From Candidatus Moraniibacteriota bacterium (GTDB lineage: Bacteria > Patescibacteriota > Minisyncoccia > Moranbacterales > UBA2206): a DNA stretch of 48,508 nt. The stretch's first letter is position 1. Each line of letters starts with the position of its first letter. Location: contig JBAXPY010000001.1 in NCBI GenBank assembly GCA_037132035.1, forward strand, positions 1 to 48,508, in the 5' to 3' direction. The notes under the pieces were generated by a model. It searched no databases. It was not told where the DNA came from and worked only from the letters and a program-made list of their open reading frames with translations. Made by a program: the position numbers and the translations under genes. Positions 44,386 through 48,508 of this stretch are shown piece by piece.

Positions 44386-46036
44386 TCTGATCTGGATTTT
44401 GGTGAACATCAAAGATGCATTGCTTTTCAGGTATTCTGCCGACTGCGTGAAAGAAACGCAGAAAAAAATTCTCCAGGAAATTATTGGAGCTAATCGGCAA
44501 ACGGAATATGGCCGGAGATATGATTTTTCAGCTTTGCAATCGGTCGATGACTATAGAAAAAAAGTGCCAATAAGTTCTTATGCTGATTATAAGGAATATA
44601 TTCAGCGCATCTTGTTAGGCGAACAAAATGTATTGACCAAGGAATTGGTCAGTGTTTTGGAACCGACTAGTGGTTCTACTGATGGAACAAAGCATATTCC
44701 TTACACTAAGTCTTTGCAAAAAGGATTCGGTAAGGCAATTGCGCCTTGGGTAGTTGATCTATTCTTTTCACATCCTCGAATGATTCTGGGGAGCAGCTAT
44801 TGGTCAATAACGCCATCAGTAAAAAAAGAATGTCCTGAGGATGCAAATGTTGCTATCGGTTTTAAGGATGATAGTGAATATTTTGGACGGGTAGAAAAGT
44901 GGATGATAGAAATTCTTATGGCAGTCCCGAAAGAAATCAGCCAGATAAATAACATGGAAAATTTCTGGTATGCCACAGCGCTGTTCCTTCTCAGAGATCA
45001 GCGCCTATCTTTCATCTCAATCTGGAATCCAACTTTTCTGCTTCTTCTGATCGATAGGATTAGTCTTCGTTGGGAAGATCTGTTGAAAGACGTGGAGATG
45101 GGAAAGATTTCTTTTCCCGAGGAGGAGGATGGTTTGGCAGTATGCAGTATGCAGAAGCGATTAAGACCTAGCTTGGTCAGAGCAACTCATTTGCGGAAGT
45201 GTCAAAATGATGATAATAGTTTGCAGTGGGATAAGATTTGGCCCAACTTGAGAGTGATAAGCTGCTGGGGATCGGAACGTTCATTACCGTATCTACAGAA
45301 GCTTGAGAGAAAATTTTCTCAAGTCGTAGTTCAAGCTAAAGGGCTTATTGCTACTGAAGGATTTATAACTTTTCCACTTGAGGGGATTGGCTTTGCACTT
45401 TCTGTCCGTTCTCACTTCTTTGAATTCGAAGAAATAGCTGGTAATGGTGAGAAGAATGAGTTAAGGCTTGCGCATGAGCTTGAAGAAGGAAAAGAGTATT
45501 CAGTCATAATTACGACAGGGGGAGGGCTTTATCGTTATCGCTTGGGAGATGTGGTTAGCGTGGACGGTTGGTATGAACAATGTCCATTACTAGAATTCCG
45601 AGGAAGAGGTCAATTCGTCTCAGATTTATTTGGAGAGAAGCTGAACGAACGCTTTGTTCAAAAGATTCTTGACAAAGAGTTGGATATTTTGAATATTTGG
45701 CCGGATTTTTCCATGATAGCACCGGAAATAAATGAAGACACTCAATCCGCTGCCTATACTTTGTTTTTAGAGGTTTCTTCTCGGCGTTGCTTGGAATCTT
45801 TAAGAGTATTGAAATTAACTCTGGAAGAAGGGCTATGTGATAATTTTCATTATGCTTATTGTCGAAAGCTTGGGCAACTCTCATCCTTTCGACTATTTCT
45901 AATTGATTCTTCTGCTAGCAAGGCATATATGAACGGTTGTATTTCGCTAGGACAGAAACTTGGCAATATCAAACCTCAGCTGCTTCGCAAGGAAGTAGGG
46001 TGGTCTAGCCGATTTATCGGAAATTATCTCGATTAA
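44357..46036 (+). CDS. GH3-family adenylate-forming acyl-acid amido synthetase
   Basis: Three GH3/ANL-like motifs: EPTSGSTDGTKHIPY (P-loop), GLIATEGF, and TTGGGLYRYRLGDVV. SD AAGGAGG before ATG 44357, with a 29-nt overlap on the upstream gene. The ORF track lists 44303. Confidence 0.8.
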   Translation: MKRIVLILANLIWILVNIKDALLFRYSADCVKETQKKILQEIIGANRQTEYGRRYDFSALQSVDDYRKKVPISSYADYKEYIQRILLGEQNVLTKELVSVLEPTSGSTDGTKHIPYTKSLQKGFGKAIAPWVVDLFFSHPRMILGSSYWSITPSVKKECPEDANVAIGFKDDSEYFGRVEKWMIEILMAVPKEISQINNMENFWYATALFLLRDQRLSFISIWNPTFLLLLIDRISLRWEDLLKDVEMGKISFPEEEDGLAVCSMQKRLRPSLVRATHLRKCQNDDNSLQWDKIWPNLRVISCWGSERSLPYLQKLERKFSQVVVQAKGLIATEGFITFPLEGIGFALSVRSHFFEFEEIAGNGEKNELRLAHELEEGKEYSVIITTGGGLYRYRLGDVVSVDGWYEQCPLLEFRGRGQFVSDLFGEKLNERFVQKILDKELDILNIWPDFSMIAPEINEDTQSAAYTLFLEVSSRRCLESLRVLKLTLEEGLCDNFHYAYCRKLGQLSSFRLFLIDSSASKAYMNGCISLGQKLGNIKPQLLRKEVGWSSRFIGNYLD

Positions 46037-46074
46037 AAAAAAGGCCTTTTGTGCAAAGCACAGAGGCCTTTTCT
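46037..46074. terminator. Strong bidirectional terminator between convergent operons
   Basis: AAAAGGCCT-TGTGC AAA GCACA-AGGCCTTTT forms a near-continuous ~15-bp stem flanked by A- and T-runs. Confidence 0.7.
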
Positions 46075-46148
46075 ATTAGATTTTTAAATGATGTATCAAG
46101 AAATATTATAAATATGAGAAAGACTATTGAACATATCTGCCTTGCTTT

Positions 46149-47258
46149 TTAGAATTGAATATTTTCCCCTTCCTTAATTCTTTCCAATAAGCATGACGGC
46201 ACCAATTTACCGTCATATAGAATTGCATCAGGACATGGATCGCAAAGATCCCACCCCTCGGAAGTTTGATCGGGGCCATAATTAACAGTAATTATTTGAT
46301 AATTCATCCTGTTGGAAAATTTATTATCAATACTCTCTTTGGTATAATTTTTTAATATTTTTCTTGCATTTAGATTAAAGATACCAAAAAATAACGTGTA
46401 TGGATTTATTGTATTTTTATTAGTTAAAAACCAATGTTTTCCTTTAATAAGTCTAGCTAGCTTTGAAGAAATAGCATACAAGGAACTGTCAATATATCCG
46501 ATTGCCCTACCATCTGAAAAAACTGGAACAAAAATTAGCCAAGATGGGATTTTTTTATTTATTTTCTTTCCAAAATAAGCAGCAGGGCTGCAATTATATC
46601 TTGCAGAAAGAAAAACAATTAACTTTTCCAGATTTTCAGTGTTTGGATTGGCTTGCACTTGTTCACTTCGAATATCCTTGGTGAAAATAAAACTAACAAG
46701 TCTGATAACATCAGAATTGGCAATATAAAACGAAGCTAATCTTTCCAAATTATCCTCCTCAACCCCCCTAATCATAACCATGAATCCCAAATTGACCTCG
46801 GGAAATTCTCTGAATAACTCACAGAATCTTTTTCTGATCGCATATTGCTCATTTTCATCACCCCTGCCTTGATATTTATCGAGATGGATAAGTACTTCGT
46901 TAGTGCCAGCATTTCTTAATTTTATGAGTAATTCGCTATCTAATAGAATCCCATTAGTACATATCCTAACTTTAATATTAATTTTTCTACAATATTTGAC
47001 CAGTTTAATTATGTGTGGGTACAAAAGTGGATCTCCGCCTGCCAATGTAACTGTTTCAATATTGCGTATTTTTTTTAATTCATCTATTTCCTTTCTAACT
47101 ATATCCAAGTCAATGTTTATTGGACGAGAACCTTCTTTTCCGACCTCTCTGTAGCATTTTGGGCAATTTAACTGGCAAAAAGTTGTTGGCTCAACCATTG
47201 CATTTGCATTATCAAAAGTATTCCATCTTACTCGATATAATTTATCTACATTTAACAT
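46149..47258 (-). CDS. Radical SAM enzyme (MoaA/PqqE/HpnH-like core) with Cys-containing C-terminal tail
   Basis: FCQLNCPKCY (CxxxCxxC), LAGGDPLL, and C-terminal WDLCDPCPDAILYDGKLVPSCLLE. Confidence 0.75.
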   Translation of the reverse strand: MLNVDKLYRVRWNTFDNANAMVEPTTFCQLNCPKCYREVGKEGSRPINIDLDIVRKEIDELKKIRNIETVTLAGGDPLLYPHIIKLVKYCRKINIKVRICTNGILLDSELLIKLRNAGTNEVLIHLDKYQGRGDENEQYAIRKRFCELFREFPEVNLGFMVMIRGVEEDNLERLASFYIANSDVIRLVSFIFTKDIRSEQVQANPNTENLEKLIVFLSARYNCSPAAYFGKKINKKIPSWLIFVPVFSDGRAIGYIDSSLYAISSKLARLIKGKHWFLTNKNTINPYTLFFGIFNLNARKILKNYTKESIDNKFSNRMNYQIITVNYGPDQTSEGWDLCDPCPDAILYDGKLVPSCLLERIKEGENIQF

Positions 47259-47334
47259 AATTCGATTACAATAGACCCGTCGCCTTTTAAGCAGTGAGGT
47301 TAAAATTTAGTTGTATTATTAATCAGTTGGTCTA

Positions 47335-47718
47335 TTATTTATTTTTGGAGTTGACGATGCTAAAAGCTTTATCAATTGCTTCTGTTGCCCAGCCGTTTTC
47401 CTTCAAGTTGCTCCTTATGATCTCGTTACTCATGCCAGCGTTGCGAGCATCTGTTATATAATTTACGACAGCCTGATCAGCGGAATTTAATTCAGAGGTC
47501 ATTTCTATACTTGATTGTCTTCCTGTGATAGAATAAAAAATTTTTTCTATCCCAAGGCCGATAAGATATGCAATAGGAATATATGCAATGAGGGTAATTC
47601 CTAGCGTGCATATTATAGTCGTCACAAGGGCTTGAATTGCTTCTGCTCCTCCAAGGATGAAGAGTAATATTAAGGCTGTTATTAAGCCAAAGAAAAAACG
47701 TTGAAGCTTGAGAAGCAT
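47335..47718 (-). CDS. Small two-TM membrane protein with a soluble C-terminal domain
   Basis: ORF track. The start abuts the upstream stop (TAA-ATG contiguous). Confidence 0.55.
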   Translation of the reverse strand: MLLKLQRFFFGLITALILLFILGGAEAIQALVTTIICTLGITLIAYIPIAYLIGLGIEKIFYSITGRQSSIEMTSELNSADQAVVNYITDARNAGMSNEIIRSNLKENGWATEAIDKAFSIVNSKNK

Positions 47719-48483
47719 TTATTTTTTTGTTAGCTTATTATAGTAATATGTCCAATAATACATAAAGCTCATAATTAAAATTAAATAGAACATAATGGCA
47801 AAAGCGGCTTCAACGGGGATGTTTAATCCGGGAATATATAATTCAGAAAAGTTTTCTACTGTCGATGGGGGATATTCCCTGATTTTAGCGGCGACTAATA
47901 TGGCCTCAATCGGCAGTGTGATTATTGTTGCCAAAAGCACATAGCTGAAAAATTTTAACGCAGCATTAATATATGGAAATATTTTATCAATCACCAGGAT
48001 TGATGACCAAATAATGACAATCCAGCCACCTGTCATTAAAAGGCTTATATCCCTGTAGATGTAGGACCAGCTAGGAAGGCTAGTATTTATAAGCATGGGA
48101 TCAACCATTATTTCAAAAAGTAAAATTGCAACAAGCGAGATGCCTAATTTTCTTGGCCAGTGCATATTGTTAAATGGTGCCATTACTTTATGATCAAGAA
48201 AGGTGGACCAGAATTTGTAGAAGCTGATCACTAAGGCCATAAAGACCGGGATATAATAAAACGCAGCAAGCGGAATATTCAGCCCTGGTAAATATAGGCC
48301 ACTGATTATATCTTTGACTTCAGGGGAATAGGTTCTGATTCCCAAGTTAACGACGGCTGTCTCTCCGAGCAAACCAAAAATCGTAACGAAAGTTAGGGTA
48401 AGAATAAATTTTCTTATTTCAGTGTAGTCATCATAGTATTTTTCCACAAGAAACATAGCGAAAAAAACAATGGCTGAACTCAA
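47719..48483 (-). CDS. Polytopic membrane protein with internal duplication, lycopene-cyclase-domain-like (tentative); the 5' end may lie beyond the window
   Basis: Two repeats: GIRTYSPEVKDIISGLYLPGLNIPLAAFYY and KIREYPPSTVENFSELYIPGLNIPVEAAFAI (pattern ..Y.P....G...P.E..f). The listed start is TTG, and the frame stays open to 48508. Confidence 0.5.
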   Translation of the reverse strand: MSSAIVFFAMFLVEKYYDDYTEIRKFILTLTFVTIFGLLGETAVVNLGIRTYSPEVKDIISGLYLPGLNIPLAAFYYIPVFMALVISFYKFWSTFLDHKVMAPFNNMHWPRKLGISLVAILLFEIMVDPMLINTSLPSWSYIYRDISLLMTGGWIVIIWSSILVIDKIFPYINAALKFFSYVLLATIITLPIEAILVAAKIREYPPSTVENFSELYIPGLNIPVEAAFAIMFYLILIMSFMYYWTYYYNKLTKK

Positions 48484-48508
48484 GCAGGATACCCGTCTTG
48501 TTCGGTTG

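Noticed and set aside
46114-46152. Tiny ORFs as possible RiPP precursor peptides near the rSAM genes: MRKTIEHICLAF at 46114-46152 and MVKNCLNLYYQAK at 40967-41008.
   Set aside because: They have no SD, they overlap a terminator or the 3'/5' ends of neighbouring genes, and they are too short to evaluate. Nothing supports translation.
37651-48508. Calling the tRNA-Asp-proximal region a mobile element or integrative island.
   Set aside because: There is no integrase, transposase, conjugation or phage structural gene, and no distal direct repeat, within the window. It is kept only as a hypothesis in the findings.

Overview
This is a 48.5-kb AT-rich bacterial window. TGA is used as a stop codon, so the standard code applies. 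The gene content resembles a small-genome, monoderm, Patescibacteria/CPR-like organism, but that is inference only. From left to right: (1) A partial degenerate PP2C-like gene and a 1384-aa Cys-rich surface protein. (2) A secretin-less type IV pilus locus (pilM-N-O-B, a stand-alone receiver, pilT, pilC, two tandem pilins). A GT-C-like/GtrB-like extracytoplasmic glycosylation pair and glycan-tailoring genes (GT4, AsnB, two methyltransferases) follow it. (3) A small accessory islet splits the pilus locus. It holds two paralogous MNT-HepT (type VII TA) cassettes flanking an AAA+/PD-(D/E)xK-like ATPase, and a conserved 33-nt promoter block occurs three times. (4) pilD, three minor pilins, a 969-aa PilX-N-like Cys-rich putative tip adhesin and a repeat protein. 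(5) Housekeeping ligA, gatC and gatA, with a palindromic insert between gatC and gatA. (6) A tRNA cluster (initiator fMet, a second CAT tRNA, Asp) surrounded by a GC-rich palindromic repeat family. The tRNA-Asp 3' end is reiterated four times with a 37-nt period. (7) Downstream lie RhuM, a small XRE regulator and my top candidate for an undescribed system. This is a radical-SAM-rich cluster with two divergent cobalamin-type rSAMs, two GNAT-like proteins, a GH3-type adenylating amide ligase, a third rSAM and an internally duplicated lycopene-cyclase-domain-like membrane protein. All family calls come from motif recognition by eye; no searches were run.
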